A DNA stretch of 64,000 nt from Vitrella brassicaformis CCMP3155 (Eukaryota; Protista; Chromerida): the NCBI GenBank assembly GCA_001179505.1, contig CDMY01000428.1, positions 14,114 to 78,113 of the forward strand. The letters are read 5' to 3'. Of this stretch, positions 12,954 to 25,764 are shown one piece after another. Both the position numbers and the translations under genes were made by a program. The notes under the pieces are model-generated. The model made no database searches. It had not been told where the DNA came from and saw only the letters and a program-made list of their open reading frames with translations. Each line of letters opens with the position of its first letter. Within the stretch, counting starts at the first letter, position 1.

Positions 12954-14862
12954 ATGCTGAAGCACCCGATCGTGACACGCGCCGTACAGCCGGTAAGTGA
13001 GCACTCACTGCGGACCAACGGACGCATCAATGCGTTTGTGTTGTGTGAGAGCACAGTTGATGGACGTATTGATGGACGCTCGAGATGCCAAGGGAGCAGA
13101 GCCCACCATCGAATGCTTCGGCTACGCCTCCAAGATCTTCCGTGACGACGATGCTGCACTCGACATCGAGGGACGCCTCATCTCGATAGACCAGGCCGAT
13201 GACCCTGTCACTGTTGACAGGTACGCAGAAGCACCCGGTCCACATGACAAATATTGTTTGTGTGCAGGTATGACGTCCGTCTGTTGGTTGATGACCGGTC
13301 GGTGTTTGAGCGTCCTGCAATGACGGAGGCTGAGGAGCGTACTGCGCTGATGCGGCAGCTTAACCCCGACGAAACACTCCACGACATCGACCACGAACGA
13401 TACAAGGCAAGCAAGGACGGAACAGACCAGGCCAGGCACGGAAAGGCATCCACTCACCTTGATTTATGAATGGTCCGGTCCATCTTTATCTGCTCATCCT
13501 TTCTGCAGGATCTTCCTGACAGTGACGCCCTCATACCGAGCCCACCATTGGGGGCGTCGTCGTCGGCACAGGACTTCAGCGCAGTGCCTTTGGACTACGG
13601 TCAGACAACGACAGACAAGGACACCAGTGGTGATGCTGCCATGATGGACCACACGGAAGGCGAGGCACAGGCGTCGGGCGGAGGATTCTGTCCTCCATTT
13701 GCTGTCGATGGGGGTGTGCGTGTGATGCCTGCGACCAAGAAGGAGCACCTGATCATTGAGCACACTGCACACTTCGTCAGGAAGGTGGGCGCCCACAGGC
13801 CGATGAGCGATTGTGTTTTGATTGGCCTGATTGGTGTTGTGGGCCCGCATGGTGTCTGTCAGGAGGGCGATCGGATGGAGTTCCAGCTCAAGCTGAGGCC
13901 AGACATCGCCGCGAAGCTGCCATTCCTCGACGTGGTAAGAACGCGTTGTGTGTTTGTTTTGCCCGTCCCACGTCATCTCATTCGTGTGTGCGTGTGTTTC
14001 CACTCCAATAATATCAGGAGCACCCTCTGCACCCCTACTACGTCTGTCTGAAGCAATCGGGCCAGTCGATGGCCGTGAGCCACACCCACATGCTCCCACC
14101 CAAGTGGCGCGACCACATCAAGGGCCACCCTTACTACACACTGCCAGCCACTGTCAAGAAAGACCAGCCGGCATCGATACAGCCTTCTGCTGCTGCTGGT
14201 GCTGCGAAGGGTGGCAAGAGCGCTGCTGCCATCAGCCTGGGTGGGCTGTTGTCAGAGTACGGTGACTCGGACAGCGATGAGGCAGACAAGAGAGAACGAG
14301 GAGGGGGAGACGTTACGGGGGCTGCAGGGCTCGCGGCACTGCAGGACGAGAGAAGGTGACTTAGTCTGACTGCACCTGTCTGGCTATCCACGTGCATATA
14401 CCCCTGTGTGTGTGCAGGCGCCGTGCCCGAGAGCTCCTGGCAACAAAGGGTCAACAACCTGCCCCCCAGGCCCCGCCGACCTCTTCCCGCCGCAGGCGCT
14501 TCGATGTCCCCCCCTCCTTGTCACCGCCCCCTGCCCAGCATAACGCATTATCATCGGGCAGCAGTGGCGGCGGTGACGACCTCTATATGGCGGGGAGTGG
14601 TGACAGAGACAGACATGAGTCGAAGCGGAAGCGACGCAAAAGGGAGAGGAAGGAGCGCGAGATGGCCATGAGGGCCCCCCACCCGATGCCAGTCGAGGGC
14701 GACAGGTATGGCGATGGGGAAGAGGACCGTCAGCCGAGGCAGAAGAGGTCTTTGTCGAGGTCTGTGTCACCCGAGAGGGACAGATCGTCGCATGTGGGAG
14801 GGGTGAAGAAGCCGAAGAGACACAAGCGGGCAGGCAGGCGGAGGAGGTCGCACAATGACTGA
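12954..14862 (+). CDS. SWAP/SFSWAP-like alternative splicing regulator (DRY_EERY + SURP domain + RS/RK-rich tail)
   Basis: ECFGYASKIFRDD...VDRY/DVRLL...HERYK/DL matches the DRY_EERY pattern. HLIIEHTAHFVRK/EGDRMEFQLK...LPFLD/EHPLHPYY matches SURP. The tail is R/K/S-rich (RSLSRSVSPER). Confidence 0.85.
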
Positions 14863-15265
14863 TATATATGAGGCAGAGATGGGGAAGTGGGAGTGTGGGT
14901 CATCGTGCACTTGTGGGTTCACTAATTTCTGGGGCCACGTGTCATGTATTTCATTGAGGTCTGACGATCTGCCCCATGCACACACTGCTGTCGACCGACC
15001 CCGACAGACAGACAGACTTGAAACAAAAAGAGCCAGACGAAAATTCACTTGTGAGTGACACGTCAGTTAAACTACTTGCCTCGATTCCACGAGACAGACA
15101 GACATACAGAGCACAGCTGGCCTTGAACAAACAAAAAACTGCGCACTTTCACTCACATGACTGACACGACTGACACATCAACGCGTTGCATCCTCCATGG
15201 CCCATGGGGGGGCCGACCCAAAAATAAGGTGGGGCCAGTGCTGTGCCATCTATCTCTTGGCTGGG

Positions 15266-17797
15266 CTAGATGTCCTTCTTGCCCTCTGCACGCGGCGTGA
15301 GCCAAACACGAAGACCCTTCGGCCGCAGGATGCCTCCGGTGCCTGCACACCACACAGCATCCCCACCAACGAATGCGTCCTGTTTAAATGTCATTTCGCT
15401 GCGTGTTGGCAGGTGCGTACCCATCCGCACTTTCGACGGGTCGTTGGTCGAGATGTCAAACCGGCGCAGCAGCATGGCCAGCGCCACCACGGCCTCCTGC
15501 TGTGCAAACCTCTGCACCACACCCACGACACACACAGGCAGACACACACGCAGTGGCCAGTGCGGGCCCCATCCCTCTGTGCTGTGTGTGTGTGTCTCCT
15601 GACTGACCTGCCCAATACAGTTGCGAGGCCCATGAGAGAAAGGAACGTAGGCAAAAGGATGTCGCTTGCCCTCGCCACCGCTGCTATCCACAGTGAATCG
15701 CTGGGGGTCGAACTTGGCGGGCTCGGGCCAGATGGCCGGATTGTTGTGTGTGGCCAGCATGAGAGGCGTCACCACAGTGCCCTTCGGAATGAGCACTCCA
15801 TCAATCTCGACATCTCTGTAGGTGGACGATAAGCAAAATGGAAAGTGAGTGGTGTGTTGCTCGTCCGTCCATGTCTTTGTGTGTGAGTGTTTTCTGCGAT
15901 CGGTGTGTACTTGAGGGTTATACGGTTGATTTGCGACGCAGCAGGCCGGATGCGGAGGGTCTCCTTGATGACCTGATGCGTGTACGCCAGGTGCTTGTAC
16001 GTCTCGGGCGTCGGGTCGGCCTCCTGAATTACAAACACACAACACACCAACACACACAACCCAGCAGATGACGTCAATGGATGGATGGATGGATGATGGT
16101 CACATCGTCTTTGTTGCTGTGCTGTGTGTTGCTTACGCCGAGCACTTGCTGGACTTCCTTGCGGACCTCATGCTGTATCCAGTGGTACTGCGGCTGCCCG
16201 ATGAAGAAGATGGACCAGGAGAGGAGGTTGGACGTGGTCTCGTGGCCCGCTATCAAAAAGGTGAGAGCCTCGTCCACGATCTGCTCGTCCTCGATGCCCT
16301 CGCCGGTCGTCTCATCCACGGCCTGACATTCCACATCGCCATATCCAAAAGGTTCATCATCTGTTCATTCCCTGACCTTGACCATAGCGGTGATGACGTC
16401 ACATCTGTCCGTCGTGATCAGCTCGCCGTGCGCCAGCTGGGCCCTTCTGAGGCGGATGAGCGCACGGATCTCCTTGCGCAACGCTTCCATGGTGCCAAGC
16501 AGACGGCGAGTGGGCGGCAGAGGCAGATAGTCCATGGCCTGCAGGCAGCCAGAAACACCTGGCGACCTTCCTTCCCTCCGTTCCCATTCAATCCATGCAG
16601 GCCTTACCGATCCGATGAGCAGTTTGCCGATGTTGTACGAGGCGTTCTTTCCAATGACTGACGACCATTTCTCGTGGAACCAGTCGCCATCAATGCCCTT
16701 GGAGAAGAGGGCCTCTATCACCACCATGAGCGCCATCCTGCCGAACAGGTTGGCGGGGTTGTATGAGCCGTCACGGGGATCAAAAGTCACATCTGGATCC
16801 ATCCATCCATCCATCCACCCGTCACACGTAGGTCCATCTGTGCGTGCAGCTGACCGTCCGGCAGTTTATCGGCTTTCTTCGTCGTCGCGGCGTTGGCAGC
16901 ACGGTTCTGGTCAATGAGTGAGATGGTCTCGTGCACCTGGTGGACTGTGGCGGGCAGTGCCACGTCCTTCAGGTTCTGGAAGTGGAACATTGGATTGAGC
17001 AGCTTCCTCTCCCGCCGCCACAAATCACCTGCCGTGCAATCAATCGGTCACGTGGATGTGTGTGATTCTGTGTGGGTGTCGTGTCGATCGCTTACTCACC
17101 CTCAGACGTGACGAGCCCCTTGCCGATGATTTTATCCACCATTCGCGAGAAGGAGGGCGGCTTGCCGAACTCGATGCCGTCCCGAGTCATGACGACCTTG
17201 ATCGCCTCAGGTGACAGCAAGAGGACCTGGTGGCTGACAGACAGACACGAAGCGACAGACAGACAACACGGCCGATGAAAGAGTTGGCATACGTGTACGT
17301 GTGTGTATGGATCTCTCTCTCTCTCTCTCCCCCTGTCTGTGTGTGTGTGTGGCTCACTCTCCAGTGAGGGATATGCCATTGTAGAGCATCTTGGGGTGCC
17401 CATCTTTGCACGCCTCCTGCACGTTCCGCCACATCCTAGCGAAACAACCGCACACGCAGCACCCGTCATCCGCATGCTCCCGTGTGATGCCAGTGCTCGC
17501 GACTTACACTTCCATCCCGCGTCCCGGCCACAGCATGTCCATCCTGTTGATCCCATAGAACGTCCTCATTCTCGCCTCGATGTGGTCGTATCTCCATCTC
17601 TTGCGCATCGCGCGGGCGAAGCGGATGGCGATGGAGGCCGTGAAGAAGATGACATAGCATAGAACGGTCCACAGCAGCAGCTTGATGGATGTCGTGATGA
17701 GCCATGAGAGCAGGGAGGTGGAGTAGCCGTGTTGGGACGGCTCGTCCAGGACGCGGAAGGGCACGAAGGGCCACACGTCGCTGAGAAGGACTGCCAT
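15266..17797 (-). CDS. Cytochrome P450 (CYP4-clan-like), N-terminal membrane anchor
   Basis: Hydrophobic anchor LLLWTVLCYVIFFTASIAI; GKGLVTSEG..WRRERKLLNPMFH; I-helix FLIAGHETTS; ExxR in VIKETLRIRP; PERF-like FDPQRF; heme motif PFSHGPRNCIG. A further upstream exon is possible. Confidence 0.95.
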
Positions 17798-18118
17798 CTT
17801 GATGTGATTGGTGGGATGCAAGCCCTCTAGGACCACACCTGGGAGAGATAGGGGGAGAGATCACAGACACCAGGGAGAGAAGGGCGCCCCGACGACCTCA
17901 CTTCGGCACTAGGAAGCTGAAAGACTTGGCCAAGTCGCGCGATCAGTTGCCGTTGAATCGACCGTTGATGTGTGTTTCTCTTGTCAGTCCATCCATCCCC
18001 GCGTACGCAATGGTCTATCTACGAAGGTATGTAGGTCGTGCGCTACGCTATGGATCATGACATCGTATGTATCGTATCGTATCGTGTCGTGTTGGTTGGT
18101 TGGTGTATTCATTTGATC

Positions 18119-19597
18119 ATCATTTGGGTTTGCGGAGCGGCGCGTGTCGTTTGTCGCGTATGGCGTTGACCTTCTGCTTCATCTGCTCGCGCTGCTTGAT
18201 GAGCTCGAGGTACTTGTGCTCCATCTCCAACTCCATACGCCACTGCGCCTCCTCTTCGCGCATCATCTACACACACACACACACAATTGCTACCGACGGT
18301 CTCTCCCCTTCTGTGTGTGCGCCATCACATCTACCTTTTCGCGCATGGCCTCGAACCTCTTGTTCTCGCGCTGCTCGTCCCAGTGCTGCTTGTGGCGCTG
18401 CATCCATCCATCCAGCACATATATATGTCAGTCACGTGAGAGACGAAGGGAGGATATGTGATATGTGTGATGGAGTGAGTGGCTGGCTGGCTGGCTGGCA
18501 TACCTACCTCTATGATGTCCTTGCGAGTCTGGATGTACTGTTTGCCCAGTTCGTCTTGCCAGAGGGCGAACTGCTTGTCGAAGGCGTACATCTCGCTCCA
18601 CACCTTCTTCAGGTTCTCCGAGTGCAGCTGCTTGGCCCAACGCAAAAACTCCTACACACACACACACACACAGCAATACAGAAACACAGGCGTCCATCTG
18701 GCCATTGGTGTCCGTCCGCGTGTGGGCCACATCATTGGTGTGCGTATGTGTGTGCTAACTGACCACATATTCCTTCCGTTCGTCCAGTTCGCGTTTCTGG
18801 CGCTCCCTGAAGGACTCCTTCACAAACTTAGTCATCTCCGTCCGCTCCTTCACACGCCACTGACGATGGAGGGAACAGACAGACACGCACACACACACAC
18901 ACACACACAGAGGCAGAGAGAGAGAGAGAGAGAGAGTGGATGGGGTCGCGGCACGTTATGGCATGGATGTGTGCATGTTGGTGGCCGTCTCTGCCTTACG
19001 TTCATGATTTCGCGGTCTCGTTCGACCTCCTCCTCCTGCTTCGCCCTCTTCTCCTCACGATCCATCTCCCACCTACAGAGGGGAGGGAGGGAAGGGGAGG
19101 GAGGGAGGGAGGGAGGGAGAGACGTCAGTGCATCTATCATAGGGTGCTGTGTGTGAGTGGTTGCGCTGACTTCATGGCGGACTCCTGCGCACGCAACTCA
19201 CGGATCTCCTTCTTGGTCTCATCCAACTTCTGACGCCACTCCTGCAATACACAGCCAACGCACCCGGCCAACACATTCTTGCTGCCCCTTCTGCTGCCGT
19301 CATCACGCACACTGGCGGACCTCCAGTGTCTGTGCGTTGGCCTGTCCCTCCCGGCCGCTCTGCTTGTGCTCCCCCCAGCGCCAGGGCTGCGTGCTGACGC
19401 CACGGGTGCCGATCATGGCACGCAGGCGGGCCGACGTAATGGGCTGGGAAGGCCGGGCGTGCAGCGACGACAGCCGACCCTCGTCCACACGAAACCGGCC
19501 CGTGCCACCCGCCGGCGGGTTGTTCTCCGACTCAGCAGCACGGACACGGGCAGCACCCACGGAAGCACGGCCACGATGGCCGCTGAAGGAGGCAAAA
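18119..19597 (-). CDS. Hypothetical coiled-coil protein, possibly mitochondrion-targeted; start uncertain
   Basis: Exons with GT-AG borders encode E/K/R-rich helices (EWRQKLDETKKEIRELRAQE; EFLRWAKQLHSENLKKVW; MELEMEHKYLELIKQREQMK...PK*). The N-terminal part is Arg/Ser-rich (SARLRAMIGTRGVST). Confidence 0.6.
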
Positions 19598-19906
19598 GAG
19601 AAGACGTGTGTCGACGTGTTGTGATAGGGTTTAGGGCTTGGCGTCTCTCTGTGTGTACCGCTCAGTGGTGCGGGCGCCAGTGCCCGTGGAGGGCCGCTTC
19701 GTCACTTCGTCAGTTGGGGGCAGCTGGGTGATCGCCTGGCGACTCTGAATGCAGAGAGGGATGATGGGGAGGACACCAACCACAGCATCACACACACACA
19801 TGTACTTTAGTCAGTCAGGTATTCACTCACCCCGAAGTATGCGTGTCCGGCAGCGAGGAACGTGTGCAGACTGTGTGCGGCGGTGTCCTCGGGGAAGACA
19901 TCGCGG

Positions 19907-20558
19907 CTATGGCCCCCCAGGTAGGTATCTACGGCCGACCATGCACTCTCGGGGATGCTGCGGCCATGACACCAGGCAAGGAAAGAGTGGCTTTCGTGTG
20001 CGTCTGGGAAGCTGTGCAGGATGTCCCCTCTTCCCTCCCACTGACCGTCGCGAGTCGATGTTGTCGGCTAGTGTGCGCATGGTCACTACGAGGCGGGTAG
20101 CGATATCCCCCCCGCCCTCCTGCAGAGCGGCACCCAACTCACCATATGACGACGCCTGACACACCACACACGCGTTCGTGAGGTGCAGCTGGATGTGTGT
20201 GTGTCGGTCTGTGCGTACGTCGAGCCGTTCGATGAGGGAGTCTGTGGAGTAGGCCTGCAGCAGCCGCACCGTCGCCAACACGCACGCCTGCTCGTGCTCG
20301 TCCGATGCGTCGCCAAACAAATTCTGAGGCATACATTACACACATCCACAAGATATCAAAAGAGAACGGATGGCTGGCTGGCTGATGCACTTCACCCACT
20401 CTTCCAGATGTGTGTCGTGTGCGCCCCCACCCACCTGCAGCCGCAGCACGGTACAGTTCTCCACTGCCTGGCTCAGCGCCTCCGCATTCGACGCATGAGC
20501 AGCACGGAGCGAACCTGAATGAATGGATGGATGGCAAAAATGGGCGATGGAATCGCAT
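19907..20558 (-). CDS. Short hypothetical protein (multi-exon)
   Basis: Coding-like segments (PQNLFGDASDEHEQACVLATVRLLQAYSTDSLIERLD; ELGAALQEGGGDIATRLVVTMRTL) are separated by intron-like tracts. No family recognised. Confidence 0.35.
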
Positions 20559-21242
20559 GGGTCGTCTCCTTCTCTCTCTCAGGCCTTGCCTGTATCCTGC
20601 TGTCCATTCTGTGCACGCCTATCGCGATGGTCCGAGGGAGCCGCGGACTGAGGACGAACCGCCGCAGCTGAAGGATGGGGGAAGAAAACAGTGGATGGAG
20701 GCAGAGGATGCTCCCTTTTCCGTGTTGCTCACTTGTGGCCATTATGTGGACTGCTCAGTGGATGGATGGGGTCAGAGGGCTTTTTCCTTCCCAACTGCGA
20801 CAACGCGACGCCGCCAAGTTCATATGCGTCTGCAGCCCTGCCGAGATCAAGATGTATTTCCTTACTCGAAGTGGAGAAGGACCAACAAAACCTCTCAATC
20901 CCAGCGGACCTCCGACAAAATCCGCCAAAGGGCCGCCTGCGACGCCCCTGCCAGCTACTTCGCCAGCTACAGGACCAACTCCCAGTTGGAGTCCCTCCTG
21001 CAGTACACGTGAAGTTCAATAAACCATGGCAAATGAATCGATGGCCGAATGTGCCATATGTATCGGGGAGCCTACCTTCCTTGGCTCTCCGCGAGACGAT
21101 CACGTGGGGGCGCCGTTTCCAATTTTGGCCGTTTCCTTGGGGGCGAGTCTCGGCAGTCTCCCCTTTCCCCTCCCCTCCCCTCTTCTCCTCCCTCTTCTTT
21201 TCCCGTCTGCGTGTGTGCCCTCCCCCCGTGTGTGAAGGAGCC

Positions 21243-24200
21243 ATGGCGTCGAAGGAAAGACACTCTGTCCGCATGAGCGTCGACATGGACTCGAGTAGCA
21301 TGGACTCACCGGCCTCAGATGATTCACCCTTCTTCCCTAAGCCTTTTCGACAGCGCGAAGAGGCAGCTGCAGCTGAGGGAGGGCCCGTTTACACTCCCAC
21401 AGACAGCGAGGAGGACATGGACCCTGTGGATCAGATTGCGTACCTCCAGTCGGTGCTGGCCAAGCAGAAGAAGCAGACGGACCATGCTGTGGCGCTGCTC
21501 CGTGCCTTCGAGCTGCCGCGGGATTTCACCGGCAAGGCAGGGCGAGACGCCACCATGAGGATGCTGCTGGCGAAGATTGCCGACTCAATCGAGGCAAGTT
21601 TGTTGGCGGACAGGCAAGGAAAAGGCACTGTTGATCTCTCTGCATGTTGATCTGTTGATCGATTATGTGCGTCCAGGAGTCGGCCGCCGAGGCCGTCGAG
21701 CTGTTTCGGTGCAAGCTGATCATCGCCAAACAGAGGCAGGAGATGAGCGACCATCTGCTGGTCCGACGCTTCGGCTGCCCATGAGTGAGACACACACGCG
21801 TCTCTCTATGTCGGCTTGGCTGCAGCAACTTGAGGACCTGATGCGTGAGCTCACCCGCGAGAAATCTGAGAACACGGCGAAAACAGTACGTAAGCCTGCC
21901 TAGGCCTGCACTGTCTATGGTAGAGTCATTCTGTCTGCATACCTTGTGTCTGACCTGACGCAGACCGCGCTTCGCAGCTACGCGAGTAGTAGTGTGGTCG
22001 AGCTGTCCAAGCGGTGAGCGTCGATTCGATACATCTACCCATTGCAGATGGATGGATGGATGGATGGATTGACGGACCATATACCATTTAACATGGTGTG
22101 GTTTGATGGCCATGTCAGGAACGCGGAGCGTTTCAAGAACGACCGGATGAAGAAGCAGGTAGGTATCCACGCCCTGTGTCCACGCTCAGCTGAATATGCG
22201 GCTCTTTTTGTCTGTCTGCTCATCAATACGACAGCTGGATTTACTCCACCAATGCATTGACCACGTGACCAAGCTTGACACGCCACTCACCCTTCCATCC
22301 ACGTCTGTGCAGCCGAGGCCACCACTGCACAGTTGGGAACGAAAAGCCGTTGAGAGACACAAAGGAAAAACTGTCGATTCTCTTTGCTTTGTGTGTGTGT
22401 GTGTCTGTGTGTCTGTGTGTGTGTCTGTGTGTATGTTATCTTGCAGGCACTTCATCGGTTCTGGGTGTGAGCAATGTGTGCCTGCCTGGTGAAAGGCTGC
22501 CGCAGAACAACCTCGATGTGTTCAGGTAAACAGGGAGGGAGGGAGGTGTGTGAGCGCATCCACACTCATCTGCCTGCGCAGGAAGATGCGCGTGGCGCTC
22601 CTGTACATCTTGAGACAAAACTCGGTCAGTCAGTCGAGTAACAGAAAGAGAAGTCGATCACAGCGATGCCTACCTGCATTTCGTTGGTGCATGTCGCCGT
22701 ATTCCAGGTTCTCTCATCGAATGTCCGTCTCATGGTCGGTTTCAATCAATCAACCGTCGATCGACGCACACTCACGCTCTTAAGACAAAGGGTGCCTCGT
22801 CTTTGTCTCGTGCAGGCCAAGAGCCGCGCCATGCTGGAGGCCAAAATCCAATCCATGCAGTTCGAGATGAAAAAGATGGCTAATACAATCAAGGTGACAA
22901 AAAGGTCCATCCGTCCCCTAGGGAGTGTCACCATGAAGGGTGTTGTCAGTCGGTTGGTCCTTTATCATGCAGGAGGGTGCGACGTCCGGGGGGGGCGTGT
23001 CAAGCCCCACCGCCCGGCGGGCTCTGACCTCCGCCCTGCGCCACTCGTCATCCAAGCACTCCGAGTTCCGGGGATATGAGCCCATTGCTCCAGGAATACA
23101 CGGCATCCAGAGAGGTAAGGCCGTGGATACTGTCCGTACCGTACACACAGCGAGCACCCCGACGGCGGCCTGCATCTACGTACTTCTCTCTTGATTCTCA
23201 CCCATGTAGACTTTTTGAATTTTCTCTATGCTGGCGGCGGTTATCTGCGGACAAGGTTTCTGGACGAGCTGTCCATCAAGCAGCAGAGAGCTGCCATAGC
23301 GGTCGGCCCACTGATCGCACAAAGACGCTCTGGCTAGTCAGTCTGTGATGAGTTGGCTGGCACTCCTTGACTGCAAGCTTTGTGTGTGTCTCACTCAGGG
23401 TTTGTGTATCGACTGGTACGCATATGTGACGCGGGACGGTCTCCTCCGGTCGATGGTCGATGGGCTGGACAGAGTCCTGCAGATCACAGACATCAACCTA
23501 GCCTTCGCGGCAATCATCAAGGTCCGTCCTTGCGCACAATCATGTCCTACACAATGTCTCCCTAATCCACTCACTGTCTCCAGGAGATCCGTAAGGCACT
23601 GCAATGCGACCGAGTGACAGTCTGGATGGTCGACGAGGAGAACGGCGACATGTGGACCCTCAAGTTCTCGACGGGCCTCGTTGGCTCTGAGCTGCGCATC
23701 CCTCTGGGCGTCGGCCTCGCCGGCGTGGCCTACGAAAGCGGCGAGGCCGTCAACGTCCCAGATGCCTACGAGGACGAGCGGTTCAACCGCACTGTCGATC
23801 TGCAGACTGGCTATCGGACTCGCAGCGTGCTGTGTCTGCCCATCGTGCGTATCAAAGACGCGCCATCCGTGCCACCTGCGCACATACAGCGCGCAGGCAG
23901 CGGGGCCTTCGACAGGAGCATGACACAGCAGTCGATGACGAGCACTCAGGTGGTGGCCATCATTCAGTGCATCAACAAATTCGCCGGTGGGTCCGTGTGT
24001 GGTGGCGAAGAGCAAAGCAAGTGGGAGACTTCCGCGTCTGTTGTGTCTCGTTGGCTTCGCAGGTCCATTCACGGAGGAGGACATATTTCTTCTTTCGTTC
24101 TTCGCCCCTGTGGCTACGAACGCTGTCTTCAACTGCCAGGTAGGTCGGCATGTCGACAATAACACAGGACGGAATGAAGGACTGTGTTTTCTTTTCGTGT

Positions 24201-25170
24201 GTCTAGCGGTCTGCGGCGGCTGAGTGGCTTATCATGAGGAAGGAGATGCTGTTCAACATGGCTGATGAGATGAGGTACGTCGTGCGAATGGCCGCACTTC
24301 GGCACTCACGCGGCCCGGCCTCTTTGTTCTCTTTCTTTCGTGCCTGGACTGGCCTACAGCCGCAATTGTTACGCTTTGCCGGATATTCTTAACGCGATCC
24401 ATTACTGGATGGACACTATCTTCAAAGTGGCTGACTGTCAGCTCTGCCTCATCGGCAAGAAAAGCCTGCAGAGGTGCCACCGAGCGCAAAAGGAGGAAGA
24501 GGAGCCGTTCTGCCCATCTGCCGCCGAGCCCGACCGGCGCCGCGGCTCTGGGCTGCTGGTCGAGCCAAAACCTCTTTGTGGTGGGTGACACATACATGAG
24601 CAGATGGCCTTGTCCTTCTGAACTGGTATGTCTTTTTGTCTCTATCTGTGCTTGTTTGTGTGCCTGTAGGTTTGGTTGCTCAGTGTGCGGCAACCCGGCT
24701 GCCCAGCACGGCTGTCAACGCGAAAGAGGACCCCGCATTCAGCCGTACGCGAGAGACGCGTCACACATATGGTGTGTATGTATGTGTGTCGGATGCATGG
24801 GCTCGTCGATCAGGGTTGGTTGACTTGCATCTGGACGGTGCGGTGACGCACAGCTATCCCGTCTTTCTCTCGCCTGAAACACAGCACAAAGTCATCGCCG
24901 TGCTGCAATTCACCATCAAGGTAAATAAACCCCCTCCCACCCCGACGGTTGATCGCTGTGTCTCTGTCTGTCTGTCCGTCTGTCCGTCTGTCTGTCTGGC
25001 TGTATTGACGAGTGCAGCAGCGTCAGTCTCAGTTTGTGCAGATGCAGCTGGGTGGCTTCGACCCCAGCATCCCGCGGCATCAGGAGATCCTCAAGCGAAT
25101 GCTGCGGCTGCTCTCCAACTACATGCAGCGCCTCGTACTGAATGACCCACAGTTTGCTGGCTTCTTCTGA
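21243..25170 (+). CDS. Coiled-coil protein with tandem GAF domains (PDE-type GAF plus a degenerate GAF), no catalytic domain
   Basis: Exon 23583-23985 reads CDRVTVWMVDEENGDMW...IPLGVGLAGVAYESGEAVNVPDAYEDERFNRTVDLQTGYRTRSVLCLPI...VVAIIQCINK, then PFTEEDIFLL. A second GAF-like segment has KVIAVLQFTIK...GGFDP...EILKRML. Stop TGA at 25168-25170. Confidence 0.85.
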
Positions 25171-25764
25171 CTCTTCCAACTCGCTGTGTGATTCTGGGGC
25201 CGTTGGGCTTTTAGGGATTTTGAGACATAGGCATGTTAGGTGTGATTCAAAGCGCTGTATGTAATTCCTTTCTTTACATCACGGCCAAAATGCATCCGAT
25301 CGAAGAATGGTGGAGAGAAGACAGGCACAGGTTAGTTGGTGATTTGAATGAAGCACTCGTTCAACAACAAGGGCTAAAACCAGGGCAAGAACTGTTGACT
25401 CGTCTCTCCAATTAACCCACGCCAGCTTCATGAAAAATGATATCTACATATTCCAGCCCATCCATCAGCACTAACCGAGTGGGTCTGCTGCGGGGAAGGC
25501 GAAAAGGAAGACAGGGGAGCAGGAAGGAATAGGAAGGAAGGAAAGAGGAACGAATTAAGGGAGTGACGGTTGGCAGAGGTGGTCTGCATGAGATATTTCA
25601 GTCCTCGGGCTGCCGATGGTGCTGTAGGAGGGGTCTGTATGCTGTCTTTTTATGCGGTATCTCTGCGTTCGATCTTCCTCCCTTTTTTTGCGAGCTTTGT
25701 AAGCGATTTTCTTCCTAGCTATAGCTACTGATATGAAAAGCCCCTGGCTTTTCATAGATCTGCA

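Noticed and set aside
19626-19637. Telomere-like AGGGTTTAGGG (telo-box-like) motif
   Set aside because: Only about 1.5 units; cannot be distinguished from chance without genome-wide enrichment data.
21677-21784. In-frame TGA after ...FGCP directly before a GTGAG donor, suggesting selenocysteine or readthrough
   Set aside because: An earlier donor CTG|GTCCGA gives a clean join (SDHLL|QLEDLM), and GTCCG donors occur elsewhere in the same gene (23521). No SECIS element was identified.
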